Positions 49,239 to 59,492 of a DNA stretch of 64,000 bases are shown here, in pieces. The DNA lies in contig CAWGSK010000017.1 of the NCBI GenBank assembly GCA_963825055.1, forward strand, positions 1-64,000, written 5' to 3'. The notes under the pieces were generated by a model, which had not been told where the DNA came from, did no database searches, and saw only the letters and a program-made list of their open reading frames with translations. The position numbers were made by a program, and so were the translations under genes. Numbering within the stretch: position 1 is the stretch's first letter; every line of letters begins with the position of its first letter. Source of the stretch: an uncultured Gemmatimonadales bacterium. GTDB lineage: Bacteria > Gemmatimonadota > Gemmatimonadetes > Gemmatimonadales > GWC2-71-9.

Positions 49239-49862
49239 TCAGTTCTTCTTGTCCTTCATCTCCTTGTCCTTGTCCATCTTCATCATGTCCTTCATGCCAT
49301 CCATGTGCCCCCGTGACGCGACGGGCATCATGATGTGGGCGTAGGGCGTCCCCTTCCACATGACATAGGGACCGCCGGATTCCGGGTCGGTGGAGAGGTT
49401 ATCCGCCCGGGACATGTCGGGCAGCAGGATCATGATGTGGGGGCCGCTGTCGATCCATTCGTGCCCCTCGGCGGGCGCGGTGGCGAACGGATCGGAGTTA
49501 CTCGCGTCCGAACCGCCTGAGAGCATGTAGGCGAGTCCCACGGACTGCACGCTGGGCTGGGCATGGTTCTGCCAGGCCTGGGCCCAGGCCTGCCACGTCG
49601 CATCCAGACACATGGGGTCGGTGCCGGGACTCGAGGGAACGTCGGGGAAGCAGACCCAGCCGTTGCTTCCCTCCTTGAGCGTGGTGCCGTCCCAGTCCTT
49701 GACGGCCGCATTCTCGGCGATGCTGGTGGGGGCTGCGGCCAGGGCCGCCTTGACCATGGCGGGCGTGTCAGGTTTCATCCCCGCTCCCTGGGCGGCCAGC
49801 GTGCCGGCTGCCGCGAATACGAGCAGGGTGGAGGCAAGGGTGGTGCGAGGGATCATGAGCAT
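49239..49862 (-). CDS. Secreted hypothetical protein with Met/Lys/Asp-rich tail
   Basis: Signal peptide; GSNGWVC..PMCLD, GPHIM, YVMWKGTPYAHIM; tail HMDGMKDMMKMDKDKEMKDKK. Confidence 0.78.
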   Translation of the reverse strand: MLMIPRTTLASTLLVFAAAGTLAAQGAGMKPDTPAMVKAALAAAPTSIAENAAVKDWDGTTLKEGSNGWVCFPDVPSSPGTDPMCLDATWQAWAQAWQNHAQPSVQSVGLAYMLSGGSDASNSDPFATAPAEGHEWIDSGPHIMILLPDMSRADNLSTDPESGGPYVMWKGTPYAHIMMPVASRGHMDGMKDMMKMDKDKEMKDKKN

Positions 49863-50046
49863 CCTCCCGGTGTGGTGCTACCGGGCCCGCGGTCGGCGGT
49901 CGCGGATGGTGCCGGAGGAGCAGGCGGCCAGGCCGTCCCGAAGGCACGGTAGCCGTTGCGACGTAGGGCGGACCGCGCGGGCACGCGGCGTCGCATCGCA
50001 GGAGCCGGAGCTCACCCGGGGGCGGTCCGGCTTCGGTTGCAGCATA

Positions 50047-50200
50047 GAAGGGGGGGAGGGAAGAGGGAAGGGGGAGGGAGTGGCGGTGCTGGTGACTGGT
50101 GACTAGTGACTGGTGACTAGTGACTGGTGACTGGTGACTAGTGTCTGGATGGGAAGTACCTTCCCGACTCCCGACTCCCGACTCCCGACTCCCGACTCCC
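50047..50200. repeat. Heptamer-armed element: (TRGTGAC)~8 - core - (TCCCGAC)~5.5
   Basis: Core TAGTGTCTGGATGGGAAGTACCTTCCCGA; extra G-rich 7-mers at 50047-50080. Confidence 0.9.
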
Positions 50201-50209
50201 GTCTTTCCG

Positions 50210-52183
50210 CTACCGGCTCCCCACCGCCTGCTCCCCCCAACTCCCATTCCCCCGATCCACATCAGGCAGTTCCCGATCCGGGTCGAGCGTTACCCCGATC
50301 ACCCGGCGGTTCCCGGGGAACTGCAGCGTGTAGTGGTCGTCGGTGAACCAGATCTCGACCGGCAGTTCCCGGCGCTCGGCCGGGCCGGCGGCGAAGCGCA
50401 GTTCCACCGTGACGGGCATGACCAGCCCCTCCCGGTTCGAAATGAAGACCCGGGTCCCGCTGTCGGCTGCCACCACGGAGTCCACCGCCTGGTCCAGCAC
50501 ATCGCTGGACAGGAACCAGCCCCGCCAGAACCAGTCCAGGTTCTCCCCGCTCGATTCCTCCATGGCCCGGAAGAAGTCAGCTGGCTGCGGGTGGTGGAAG
50601 GCCCAGGCGCGGATGTAGGACTGGAACGCACGGTCGAACCGCTCGGGGCCGAGGATGGTCTCGCGCAGGAGTTTCAGCCCCTCGCCCGGCTTGGAGTACG
50701 CCAGGAAACCGAGCGCCTGCCTCCGGATCCGGTCGGGGTACGTCATGATCGGCTGGTCGGCAATGGGCGAGCGCATCTGCTTCGCGATGCTGTCAGGATC
50801 GGTGCGCGTGGCCCGGCCGGCGCTGTCGCCGAAGTAGGCGAGGTTGCTGTAATAGTTGATGAACGTATTGAACCCCTCGTCCATCCAGGCATAGCGCCGC
50901 TCATCGCTGCCCACGATCATCGGGAACCAGCTGTGGCCGAACTCGTGGTCCGTGACGCCGAAAAGCCCCTGTCCGCGGGCGTTCACCCCGCAGAACACGA
51001 TCATCGGGTACTCCATGCCGCCGACGACGCCCGCGACGTTGATGGCCACGGGCCAGGGGTACGGGTACCACATCTTCGAGTAGTGGGAGATGGTGTGGCG
51101 GGCGTACTGGGTCGCGCGTTCCCACCCGGGTCGTGAGGCGTTCCCCAGGCCTTCCTCCGGGTAGGCCGACATGATGAGCGTGTTGCCGGCCCGGGCGGCG
51201 TCCCAGATGAAGGCGGCGCTCGCGGCCCAGGAGAAGTCGCGGACGTTCGTGGCCCGGAACCGCCAGGTGAGGGGGCCGGATCCCGCCGGGACCACGCCCC
51301 GGCCCCGCACCTCGTCGCGGCCGATGATCGTGACCGTCGAATCGCTCTTCCGCGCCCGCTCGAGCCGGGACCGCACCTCGGGCGTCAGGACGGTGGCGGG
51401 GTTCTGGAGCTCGCCGGTCGCGACCACGTTCACGCCTCGCGGGGCAGTAATCGAAACGTCGAAGTCACCGTATTCGAGATAGAACTCGCCCTGTCCCAGA
51501 TACGGCATCGGGTTCCAGCCGTGCACGTCGTCATAGACATACATGCGGGGATACCACTGTGCGATCTCGTAGACCCACCCCCTGGCGCCATGGTAGCGGC
51601 CCATCCGGTCGGCCCCGTATTCCGGCACGACGAACGACCACTGGATGGTGAGTTCGATGCTCGCGCCGCCGGGAGCGAGCGGGCGGATCAGGTCCACCCG
51701 CATACGGGTCCCCTGGACCGACCAGCCGGCCGAATCCGCGACGCCCCCGCGCTTGACCTGCACGCCCTTGATGTGAAATCCTCCACCCTCGAACGCGCCA
51801 CGCCACCGGTTGGAGGGATTGACGAGCGAGCCCCGACTCTCGGGTGCGAACAGGTTCTGGTCCAGTTGCAGCCACAGGACCGGCAGGCTGTCCGGCGAGT
51901 TGTTGGTATAGGTGATGGCTTCGACGCCGGTCAGCTGGTGCTGTGTCGTGTCGAGCGTTACCTCGATCCGGTAGTCGGCCCGCTGCTGCCACCACCCGGG
52001 CCCTGGGCGCCCCGCGGCCAGCCGCACCTCGTTCGCCTCTGGCAGCTGGAGCGGGGCGAAGGCGTCCTGGTTGGTGGGTGGGAGGGTGGAGGCGTCCTGC
52101 GCGACGGCGGGGAGGGCGGTGACGGCGAGCAGGAGCAGGGCGGCAGGAAGGCGGACAGCGGGGTGGTCCAGCATGGGCATCAT
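50210..52183 (-). CDS. M1 family zinc aminopeptidase
   Basis: GGMEYP, HEFGH..WMDEG; signal peptide. Start uncertain (52183/52180/52174). Confidence 0.92.
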   Translation of the reverse strand: MMPMLDHPAVRLPAALLLLAVTALPAVAQDASTLPPTNQDAFAPLQLPEANEVRLAAGRPGPGWWQQRADYRIEVTLDTTQHQLTGVEAITYTNNSPDSLPVLWLQLDQNLFAPESRGSLVNPSNRWRGAFEGGGFHIKGVQVKRGGVADSAGWSVQGTRMRVDLIRPLAPGGASIELTIQWSFVVPEYGADRMGRYHGARGWVYEIAQWYPRMYVYDDVHGWNPMPYLGQGEFYLEYGDFDVSITAPRGVNVVATGELQNPATVLTPEVRSRLERARKSDSTVTIIGRDEVRGRGVVPAGSGPLTWRFRATNVRDFSWAASAAFIWDAARAGNTLIMSAYPEEGLGNASRPGWERATQYARHTISHYSKMWYPYPWPVAINVAGVVGGMEYPMIVFCGVNARGQGLFGVTDHEFGHSWFPMIVGSDERRYAWMDEGFNTFINYYSNLAYFGDSAGRATRTDPDSIAKQMRSPIADQPIMTYPDRIRRQALGFLAYSKPGEGLKLLRETILGPERFDRAFQSYIRAWAFHHPQPADFFRAMEESSGENLDWFWRGWFLSSDVLDQAVDSVVAADSGTRVFISNREGLVMPVTVELRFAAGPAERRELPVEIWFTDDHYTLQFPGNRRVIGVTLDPDRELPDVDRGNGSWGEQAVGSR

Positions 52184-52212
52184 CCTGTGAGGGAGGCTCG
52201 ATGCTGGAATGT

Positions 52213-52244
52213 AAAAGGCCTCCCCGGTCGATGAGGAGGCCTTT
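52213..52244 (-). terminator. Intrinsic terminator after ftsH paralogue
   Basis: Minus strand AAAGGCCTCC..GGAGGCCTTTT. Confidence 0.7.
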
Positions 52245-52268
52245 CGTGTCGCGAGTCGCGCCGGCGCC

Positions 52269-54095
52269 TCAGGACAGGACGAGTTCCGGGACGGGCACGC
52301 CATGGGCCCGCAGGATATCGAGTGCCTCCGGGCCGTCCACGGTCTCCTGGTCGAGCAGGGCGGTGGCCAGCGCGTCGAGGGCGGGCCGATGTTCCCGGAG
52401 CAGCGTCACCACCCGGGCATACAGCGAATCGACGATGCCGCGCACGTCGCGATCCATCGCCGCGTGGGTCTCGGCGCTCACCGGGGCCTGCTCGGTGTCC
52501 CAGGTGACCAGGCCGGTGGCTGGCCCCATGCCCAGGTGATAGACCATCTCCCGGGCGATGCGCGTCGTGTGGGAGAGATCGCTCCGGGCACCGCTGGTGA
52601 TCGCGTCGGCACCGAATACCGTCTCTTCCGCCGCGCGCCCGCCCAGTCCCTTCAGTATCTGCCCTTCGAGGTAACGCCGTGATTGCAGGTGCCGGTCATC
52701 GTCCGGGGAGAAGTAGGCAACACCCATCGCCTGCCCACGCGGCTGGATGGTGACCTTGTGAAGGCCGTCCTCGGGGCACCCGATAACGCCGGCGATGGCG
52801 TGGCCCGCTTCGTGGTAGGCCACGATCCGCCACTCGGCAGTGGAGGCCGCGAATCCCGAGCGCTCCTTGCCCAGCAGCATCCGGTCGCGCGCCACCTCGA
52901 AATGCCGCCAGTCGACCGTGGTGCCGTTCTCACGCCCGGCGGCGATGGCCGCCTCGTTCACCAGGTTGGCCAGCTCGGCGCCACTGGTCCGCGGCATGAG
53001 CCGCGCCAGGCGCTTCAGGTCCACCTCGCCCAGGGGCAGGTGCCGCTGGGCCACGTGCAGGCGCAGGATCGCCTCGCGCTCCAGGGCCGTCGGCAGGGTG
53101 ACGGTGATGGACCGGTCGAACCGGCCGGGACGGAGCAGGGCCGGATCCAGGTCGTCGGTGCGGTTGGTCGCTGCAATCACGACCACGCCGTCACTCGCGT
53201 CGAACCCGTCCATCTCCACCAGCAGCTGGTTGAGCGTCCGGTCATCCTCGTTGTGGGACTGGTTGCGCCCGCGCTTCCCGCCGAGGGCGTCGATTTCATC
53301 GATGAAGATCACGCCCCCGCCTCGGCGGGCCTTCCGGAAGAGCGACTTGATGCGCATGACGCCGAGTCCGACCATGAACCCGGTGATCTCGGAGCCGGAG
53401 ACGGCATAGAAGGGCACGCCGGCTTCGCCGGCGACCGCGCGGGCCATGAGGGTCTTCCCGGTGCCCGGCGCGCCGTACATCAGGATGCCCTTCGGGGTGC
53501 GGGCGCCGATCCGGGCGTACTGCTCCGGCGCGCCAAGGAACCCGGTGATCTCCCGGAGTTCCTGCACCACGCCCTCGTTCCCGGCCACGTCGGCGAATGT
53601 GGTCGAACTCTTTCCCCGGCGACCGATCCCGCGGTCACCGCCCGGCCCGCGGACATGGCGCACGACCACGTATCCGAGGGCCGAGATGAACAGCAGGTTG
53701 AGCAGCAGGTTCACCAGCTCCATGCCCGAGGGGCCGCGGGCCGGGCTCCGGAAGCTCACCCCGACCCCGGCATCGTCCGCACGTCGCACGATCGCATCCG
53801 TCTCCATTGTCGGGTAGACAATCCGCACCAGTCCGGTGGAGCGCCATGCCTCGATTTCGTGGCCGGGGATGATGACCAGCGAGTCCACCCGACCCTCGGA
53901 CAGGTCGTTCACCAGGGCGCTGAAGGGGATACTCGGCGTCACCTTCGGGGCAGGCATGACCTGGTGGACCGTGAAGGCGAGCGCGGCAATCGCCAGGGCG
54001 ACCGTGCCGACGAGCATGGCCTGCCAGACCCGGCGGCGGGGACGCCCCGGTGAGCTGGGATGGGTAACTGGATGAGTTTCCTGCGGTGCGGACAT
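52269..54095 (-). CDS. ftsH: FtsH-family ATP-dependent zinc metalloprotease (divergent paralogue)
   Basis: Two TM helices; [40 protein letters not shown]. Confidence 0.9.
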   Translation of the reverse strand: MSAPQETHPVTHPSSPGRPRRRVWQAMLVGTVALAIAALAFTVHQVMPAPKVTPSIPFSALVNDLSEGRVDSLVIIPGHEIEAWRSTGLVRIVYPTMETDAIVRRADDAGVGVSFRSPARGPSGMELVNLLLNLLFISALGYVVVRHVRGPGGDRGIGRRGKSSTTFADVAGNEGVVQELREITGFLGAPEQYARIGARTPKGILMYGAPGTGKTLMARAVAGEAGVPFYAVSGSEITGFMVGLGVMRIKSLFRKARRGGGVIFIDEIDALGGKRGRNQSHNEDDRTLNQLLVEMDGFDASDGVVVIAATNRTDDLDPALLRPGRFDRSITVTLPTALEREAILRLHVAQRHLPLGEVDLKRLARLMPRTSGAELANLVNEAAIAAGRENGTTVDWRHFEVARDRMLLGKERSGFAASTAEWRIVAYHEAGHAIAGVIGCPEDGLHKVTIQPRGQAMGVAYFSPDDDRHLQSRRYLEGQILKGLGGRAAEETVFGADAITSGARSDLSHTTRIAREMVYHLGMGPATGLVTWDTEQAPVSAETHAAMDRDVRGIVDSLYARVVTLLREHRPALDALATALLDQETVDGPEALDILRAHGVPVPELVLS

Positions 54096-54222
54096 GTGCT
54101 GATCCGGTGTGCGTGCGCAAACAGGCGGCCGTGGCCGTGGTCGGGAAACGGAACTGCATGGCGGGGAGGACTGCCTGGGCCGCTGATGCGGGGGAGATCC
54201 TGCTGACGCCGTACTCGTTTCT

Positions 54223-54238
54223 TGCAATGGCTATGCCA
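54223..54238 (-). promoter_or_regulatory. Sigma-54 (-24/-12) promoter
   Basis: Minus strand TGGCAT-AGCCA-TTGCA, GG and GC exactly 10 nt apart, about 130 nt upstream of the ftsH start. Confidence 0.72.
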
Positions 54239-54320
54239 CCATGCAAAGTACAGCATCGAGCCGGGCTACGGGAACTCCCGTACCGCGCCGACGGGGGAAA
54301 GCATCGCCGGAAAATTTTTC

Positions 54321-54345
54321 CAAGTCATTGTGGTATTGGCACTTA
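54321..54345. promoter_or_regulatory. 25-bp pseudo-palindromic motif, copy 3 (IHF-like half sites)
   Basis: CAAGTCATTG-TGGTA-TTGGCACTTA upstream of the sigma-54 site. Confidence 0.4.
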
Positions 54346-54480
54346 CGGGCGAGAGCCCCGAGGGCGAGGACGGGAGTGGTTCGCTTGAGACCGCGACGGA
54401 CAAGGTCCATCCGGTTTCCGATCCATGCGCTCGAAAACGGACGGATCTCGCCTCCTGCAAAATCGGTTGGCTTTGTGCGT

Positions 54481-56445
54481 TTATGCCGCCGTGCTGTCAG
54501 CCTCCGCGAGAAACATGTCGTGGAAGTAGCCCGCCGGAATCGTCCCCTGCCGCATCAGCTTCTCATGAAACTCCTTGGCGGAGTACGCGCCGCCCCGGGC
54601 TGCCTGCCACTGGCCGCGAAGTTCGAGGATGGCATTCTTGCCCAGGTTGTAGGTGATCGCCTGGGTGGGCCACTTGCTGTAGCGGTACATCGCCCGGCTG
54701 GCGCTGTTGCAGACGGCGCGGGCCTCGGGGTCCTGGTCGGCCGCGGCGCATGCGCCGGGGTAGAAGTTGACGTGCTCGGTGAAGTAGTCCCGGGCTTCGT
54801 CGTAGGTCATGCGCCCCGTGTGCATGCCGACATCCACCCGGACCCGGACCGCGCGCAGCAGCTGCCCCTGCAGTTCGTACATGTGCTCCGCCGGCGTGTA
54901 GAACCCATGCGGCCGTCCCGCGACCGGCTCTGCCATGAGTTCCTCGGCATAGAGCCCCCAGCCCTCCGCCGCCATCGAGTCTTCCCACATGGACGAGGAA
55001 TCCTCCACCGCCCCGGGCGTGAGCCACCGGATGTTGCTGATCTCGCGCGCGTGCTCCGTCATGAACTTGTAGTGCCAGTCGTGGCCCGGAAATCCCTCGT
55101 GTACCGCCGTATCCGCAACCGACGCGCGATTGTTGAGCTTGAGCGCCGCCGCGTCGTTGTCGGTGGGGGTCAGGTAGAACCGGCCGACGCCGCTCTTCTT
55201 GAAGGGCGGGGCAGGGTAATAGGCCGCATCGATGGTGCTCCGGAGCACTGGTGGCGTGGGGACGACGTCCAGCCGGTAGTCCGCCGGAATCGTGAACATG
55301 TCGTGCTCGCGCCCGTAGGCGACGGCGCGTTCCCCGGACTCGCGATACCAGCGGAACAGCTCGTCATCATTCCGCGGGGAATCCTGGCCCAGGAACGTCA
55401 TGACGGCGCGGACGGACGTCCGCCGCTCGGTGTCCGTGCCGAACGGCAGGCGCAGGCCCGACTGTCGCGCCACCTCGGCGGCGACGTCGAACAGCTTTGT
55501 CTCGTACATCGCGACCTGCTCGGCACCGTACTCGAAAAGGTCGGCCGGGCTCCGTGTCACCTGCAGGCAGTGCTGGAGACGCCAGGCGTATTCCTCCTCC
55601 CCGGCGGCGAAGCGGTCTGTGGCCGGGTTGGTGCCGAAGGTCTGCTCCAGGAACCCGGCGAAGCCCGTGTAGGCGTCCGCGGCGGCGGTGCCGGCCGGGT
55701 CAAGCCGGCCCATCACCGAGCCTGTGAAGGGCCGGCCGCCGAGCAGGTCGGTGGCCGTGGCCTTGAGAGCCGTCCGGAAATACTCCGCATTGGCGCGACT
55801 GCCGTCGATGCCGTCGAACTGGACCATGCGCCAGTCAGGAAGGTTGCCGGCGGTCCGGCCTGCCAGGAGGTTGGTCCGGGCGGTGGCGAGATACTCCGGA
55901 ATCGCCTGCAGCCGCTGGATGACCAGGTCCCACTCGTCGAGCGACCCGAGCCGGTTGCCCTCGAATGCCGTCATCTGCTGGATCTGCCAGTCGATCCCGC
56001 GGAAAGGCTCCGCCACGTACGTGTCGACCGACCGCTGGTAATAGCGGCGGTCCTGCTGGTGCAGGAGGAAGGCGATCTGTGCCTGCAGGACCTGCAGGTC
56101 CACCCGGTTGACGTCGGAAAGGGTCGCAGGATCGATCGTCGCGGCCTGGGACTCGATGTCTCCGTAGAACTTTGCCTCCCGGGCCAGCGCCCCGCTGTCA
56201 TAGTTGCGCAGGCGCCGGTTGATGTCCGCCAGGCTCGGGTCGTATCCGTCGCCGCCGAGGTATGTGGCGGTGACGGGGTTGAACTCGAGGGTGCGGAGGA
56301 AGTACCGGTCACGCAGGGCGACGAACGTGGCATCGGCGCCGGTGGCGGCGCCCTCGGCGGCCGGGCGGCAGGCCCCGAGGTAGCGGAGAATCCCGAAGGC
56401 CGAGGCGGCCTGGGCGGAGTTGGTAACGAAGCGACGTCGATCCAT
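54481..56445 (-). CDS. DUF885 family protein, Tat-exported lipoprotein
   Basis: MDRRRF twin-Arg leader ending LGAC; HEGFPGH, EGWGLYAE, RVRVDVGMH, PTQAITY, FHEKLM. Confidence 0.9.
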   Translation of the reverse strand: MDRRRFVTNSAQAASAFGILRYLGACRPAAEGAATGADATFVALRDRYFLRTLEFNPVTATYLGGDGYDPSLADINRRLRNYDSGALAREAKFYGDIESQAATIDPATLSDVNRVDLQVLQAQIAFLLHQQDRRYYQRSVDTYVAEPFRGIDWQIQQMTAFEGNRLGSLDEWDLVIQRLQAIPEYLATARTNLLAGRTAGNLPDWRMVQFDGIDGSRANAEYFRTALKATATDLLGGRPFTGSVMGRLDPAGTAAADAYTGFAGFLEQTFGTNPATDRFAAGEEEYAWRLQHCLQVTRSPADLFEYGAEQVAMYETKLFDVAAEVARQSGLRLPFGTDTERRTSVRAVMTFLGQDSPRNDDELFRWYRESGERAVAYGREHDMFTIPADYRLDVVPTPPVLRSTIDAAYYPAPPFKKSGVGRFYLTPTDNDAAALKLNNRASVADTAVHEGFPGHDWHYKFMTEHAREISNIRWLTPGAVEDSSSMWEDSMAAEGWGLYAEELMAEPVAGRPHGFYTPAEHMYELQGQLLRAVRVRVDVGMHTGRMTYDEARDYFTEHVNFYPGACAAADQDPEARAVCNSASRAMYRYSKWPTQAITYNLGKNAILELRGQWQAARGGAYSAKEFHEKLMRQGTIPAGYFHDMFLAEADSTAA

Positions 56446-56512
56446 ACAGCCACCTGGAGAAGAAGCGTGGGAGTTGCGGACGGCGACCCGGCCGGGGTAT
56501 GGATAATATCCC

Positions 56513-57940
56513 ATGAGCCATCCTGCGGCAGTCCTCGACCTCGACCTGGAAACCATGCGGCGCCTCGGGGCCCGCGTGGTGGATATCGTTGCCCGTCACC
56601 ACGCGACGCTTCGCGAACAGCGGGTGCACGCGCCGGAATCGCGCCGGGCGGTCGCCGGGATCATCCGCGGCACGGCTCCCGAGCAACCCGGCGACCCTGA
56701 GGCGCTGCTCTCCTGGCTTACCGACGCGGTGCTGCGGCGGAGTTCCCGGGAACCGCATCCGGGCTTCCTGGCGTACGTTCCGAGCTGCCCGACGTTCCCG
56801 GCGATCGCGGGTGACTGGCTCGCGACCGGGTTCAATCCGTTCGCGGGCGTCTGGCCGGTGGCGCCGGGCCCCAACCAGCTCGAGTTGCTCGTCATGGACT
56901 GGTTTCGCACCTGGCTTGGCATGCCCGAGGGCACCTCCGGCCTCTTCACGTCCGGAGGATCCTCGGCCACCATGACGGCGGTCGTGGCGGCGCGGCATGC
57001 CGCGCTCCAGGGGGACGACGCCGCCATCAGCCGCCTCGTCCTGTACACGTCCGACCAGGCGCATTCGTCCGTCGCGCGGGCCGCATGGATCGCGGGAATT
57101 CCGCGCGACAACGTGCGGTCGATCGGGACCGACGATGGCTACCGCCTCCGGCCCGACCTGCTGCTGCAGGCTGTTGCCCGGGACCGCGCCGCCGGACTGC
57201 GGCCGTTCATTGTGGTGGCGAACGCCGGCACCACGAACACCGGCGCGGTGGATCCGCTCCACGAGGTGGGTGAGTTCTGCCGGGGGGAGGATCTGTGGTA
57301 TCACGTGGACGCCGCGTACGGCGGTTTCGCCACGCTGGTGCCGGGGGGAGGCGACCTCATGCGCGGCCTCGCGCTGGCGGACACGGTAACCCTCGACCCG
57401 CACAAGTGGCTGTTCGTTCCGTTCGAGTGCGGCTGCCTGCTGGCCCGCGACCCGGCGCGGCTGGCCGATGCGTTCCGGATCTACCCCGAATATCTCAAGG
57501 ATGTCGAGTCGGACGGCGACGAGGTGAACTTCGCCGACTGGGGGGCGCAGCTCACCCGTTACGCCCGGGTGTTCAAGGTCTGGCTCGGCGTCAGCTACTT
57601 CGGCATGTCCGCCATCCGCGCCGGCATCCAGCACGGGATCGACCTGGCCCGCCGGGTGGAACAGCGGGTGCTGGCGGCTGCGGACCTGGAGCTCCTCTCG
57701 CCGGCGCAACTCGGTATCGCCTGCTTCCGGGTGCACCCTCCCGGCCTGGACGATCCGGCCGCCCTTGACCAGCTCAACGAGCGCGTGAACGCCGCAATCA
57801 ACACCGGCGGACGGTTCTTCATCTCCTCTACCCGACTTCGCGATGCCTTCGCCCTCAGGATCTGTGCGCTCGGATTCCGGACGACGGTGGAGGATGTGGA
57901 TGAGCTGGTGGAGGCAGTGAGGGAGGCGGGATGTGGTTAG
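56513..57940 (+). CDS. Group II PLP-dependent (aromatic-L-amino-acid-type) decarboxylase
   Basis: HPGFLAYV, TSGGS, SDQAHSSV, AGTTNTGAVD, HVDAAYGG, DPHKW. Confidence 0.92.
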   Translation: MSHPAAVLDLDLETMRRLGARVVDIVARHHATLREQRVHAPESRRAVAGIIRGTAPEQPGDPEALLSWLTDAVLRRSSREPHPGFLAYVPSCPTFPAIAGDWLATGFNPFAGVWPVAPGPNQLELLVMDWFRTWLGMPEGTSGLFTSGGSSATMTAVVAARHAALQGDDAAISRLVLYTSDQAHSSVARAAWIAGIPRDNVRSIGTDDGYRLRPDLLLQAVARDRAAGLRPFIVVANAGTTNTGAVDPLHEVGEFCRGEDLWYHVDAAYGGFATLVPGGGDLMRGLALADTVTLDPHKWLFVPFECGCLLARDPARLADAFRIYPEYLKDVESDGDEVNFADWGAQLTRYARVFKVWLGVSYFGMSAIRAGIQHGIDLARRVEQRVLAAADLELLSPAQLGIACFRVHPPGLDDPAALDQLNERVNAAINTGGRFFISSTRLRDAFALRICALGFRTTVEDVDELVEAVREAGCG

Positions 57941-58089
57941 GGACTAGTGACTGGTGATTAGTGACTAGTGACTAGTGATTAGTGATTAGTGCTTCAGGGT
58001 GAGTATCTTCGCGGAACCCGACACCCGACACCCGACACCCGACACCCGACACCCGACACCCGACACCCGACACCCGACACCCGACACCC
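57938..58089. repeat. Heptamer-armed element: (TAGTGAY)~8 - core - (ACCCGAC)~10.5 perfect
   Basis: Core TAGTGCTTCAGGGTGAGTATCTTCGCGG; right arm ends 3 nt before ATG 58093. Confidence 0.92.
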
Positions 58090-58092
58090 CCG

Positions 58093-58542
58093 ATGCGCCG
58101 AGCCCTTCTCCTCCTTTCGACCCTCCTCCTCCCCGCCTGCGGGGAGAGCACGCCGGATCCCGGCATCTCCGGTGACAGTGCCTCGGGAATCCGGAGCAGC
58201 ACGGTCGCGGCCGACGACACGTTCGATCTCAACATGGGGGCGCGGGTGAAGGCGGGCGACGGTCTGGAACTGGCCCTGACCGGGGTGCTGGAGGACTCGC
58301 GCTGCCCCGAGGGAGCTCAGTGCATCCAGGCCGGCCGTGCGCGGCTCTCGCTCGAGGTGGGCGATTCCAGTGGACTTACGAGGGTGATCATCCTGGCCAC
58401 GACGCCGGACAGCGCGACCCGGGATACCGCGTTTGGTCGCGTGGTCCGGCTGATTACCCTGGCGCCTGCCCCGGCCATAGGTGTCCCGGTGGTACAGGGC
58501 GATTACACGGCTCGACTGGTCCTGGGTCCCGGAGGGCCGTGA
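58093..58542 (+). CDS. Hypothetical lipoprotein with DSRCP..C motif
   Basis: LLPAC lipobox; EDSRCPEGAQCIQAG. Confidence 0.8.
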   Translation: MRRALLLLSTLLLPACGESTPDPGISGDSASGIRSSTVAADDTFDLNMGARVKAGDGLELALTGVLEDSRCPEGAQCIQAGRARLSLEVGDSSGLTRVIILATTPDSATRDTAFGRVVRLITLAPAPAIGVPVVQGDYTARLVLGPGGP

Positions 58543-59492
58543 ACAGGGCGCTGCTTCTGGTTCTGGTGGCAGGACTACTGGCCGCCTGTGGAGACCGTCC
58601 GGACCCGATGCCGGACGAGCCGCCGGTTACTGCCGCCTTGCCGGATACGGGAGCCGTGCGCGCCCTCATGCGGCACGTGGACTACCTCGTGGCGCCCGGC
58701 ATCGTGATGCGGATCGAGCGGCTCCGCGGCGCCCTTCGGCCGGTGGGGAATGCCCCCGTTTCGTTCGATGACCCCCGGTCCTTCGTGCTGCACACGGACG
58801 CGGCGGCGATGAGCCTGCGGTGGGATGACTTGAGCCGGCTGCTCAATGACTTCGTCTTCAACTACCAGGGTTCGTCCCTCAGCGGCCTGGAGGTCAGGCC
58901 GGAGAACGGGAAGCTCCGGCAGAGCGGCACTCTCCACAAGATTCTCCCCATCCCCTTCAGCATCCTGGCCGAGGTTTCCCTCAGCGATTCCGGGCTGATT
59001 CGCCTGCACCCGGTGTCCATCCGTATCGTGGGCATACCGGCCGGGGGGCTGCTCGAGTTCCTCGGTGTTGAACTCGACGGCCTGGTCAGGAACAACCGGG
59101 CTCACGGAGTTCGCGTCGTGGATAACGACCTTCTTCTGGATCCTGCGGGATTGCTACCGCCACCCCGGATCGAGGGACGGCTGACCGGCCTGACTATCGG
59201 CGGCGACGCCCTGTTCCAGATCTTTGGCCCGCCGGATACCGTCCCCGTTCACGCACCGGTCGGCACCCCCGACAGCATCGGGAACTACCTGTTCTTTCGG
59301 GAGGGAGCGCTCAGTTTCGGCAAGCTCATCATGCGGCCGGCGGACATGCTGATCGTGGACCAGGACCAGTCAACCCCGTTTGTATTCTACCTGAACCGCT
59401 ATCGCGACCAGCTGGTACGCGGTTATCACCGCACCCTGCCGGACGACGGGTTGGTGGTGTATATGCCGGACTATGAGGGGAAGCGGGAGTAG
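58539..59492 (+). CDS. Hypothetical lipoprotein
   Basis: GTGA-coupled start; LLAAC lipobox; [20 protein letters not shown]. Confidence 0.75.
   Translation: MNRALLLVLVAGLLAACGDRPDPMPDEPPVTAALPDTGAVRALMRHVDYLVAPGIVMRIERLRGALRPVGNAPVSFDDPRSFVLHTDAAAMSLRWDDLSRLLNDFVFNYQGSSLSGLEVRPENGKLRQSGTLHKILPIPFSILAEVSLSDSGLIRLHPVSIRIVGIPAGGLLEFLGVELDGLVRNNRAHGVRVVDNDLLLDPAGLLPPPRIEGRLTGLTIGGDALFQIFGPPDTVPVHAPVGTPDSIGNYLFFREGALSFGKLIMRPADMLIVDQDQSTPFVFYLNRYRDQLVRGYHRTLPDDGLVVYMPDYEGKRE

Noticed and set aside
49863..50046. Structured leader with a UUCG hairpin before the Met-rich protein
   Set aside because: No match to a riboswitch class I recognise; GC-rich sequence forms hairpins by chance.
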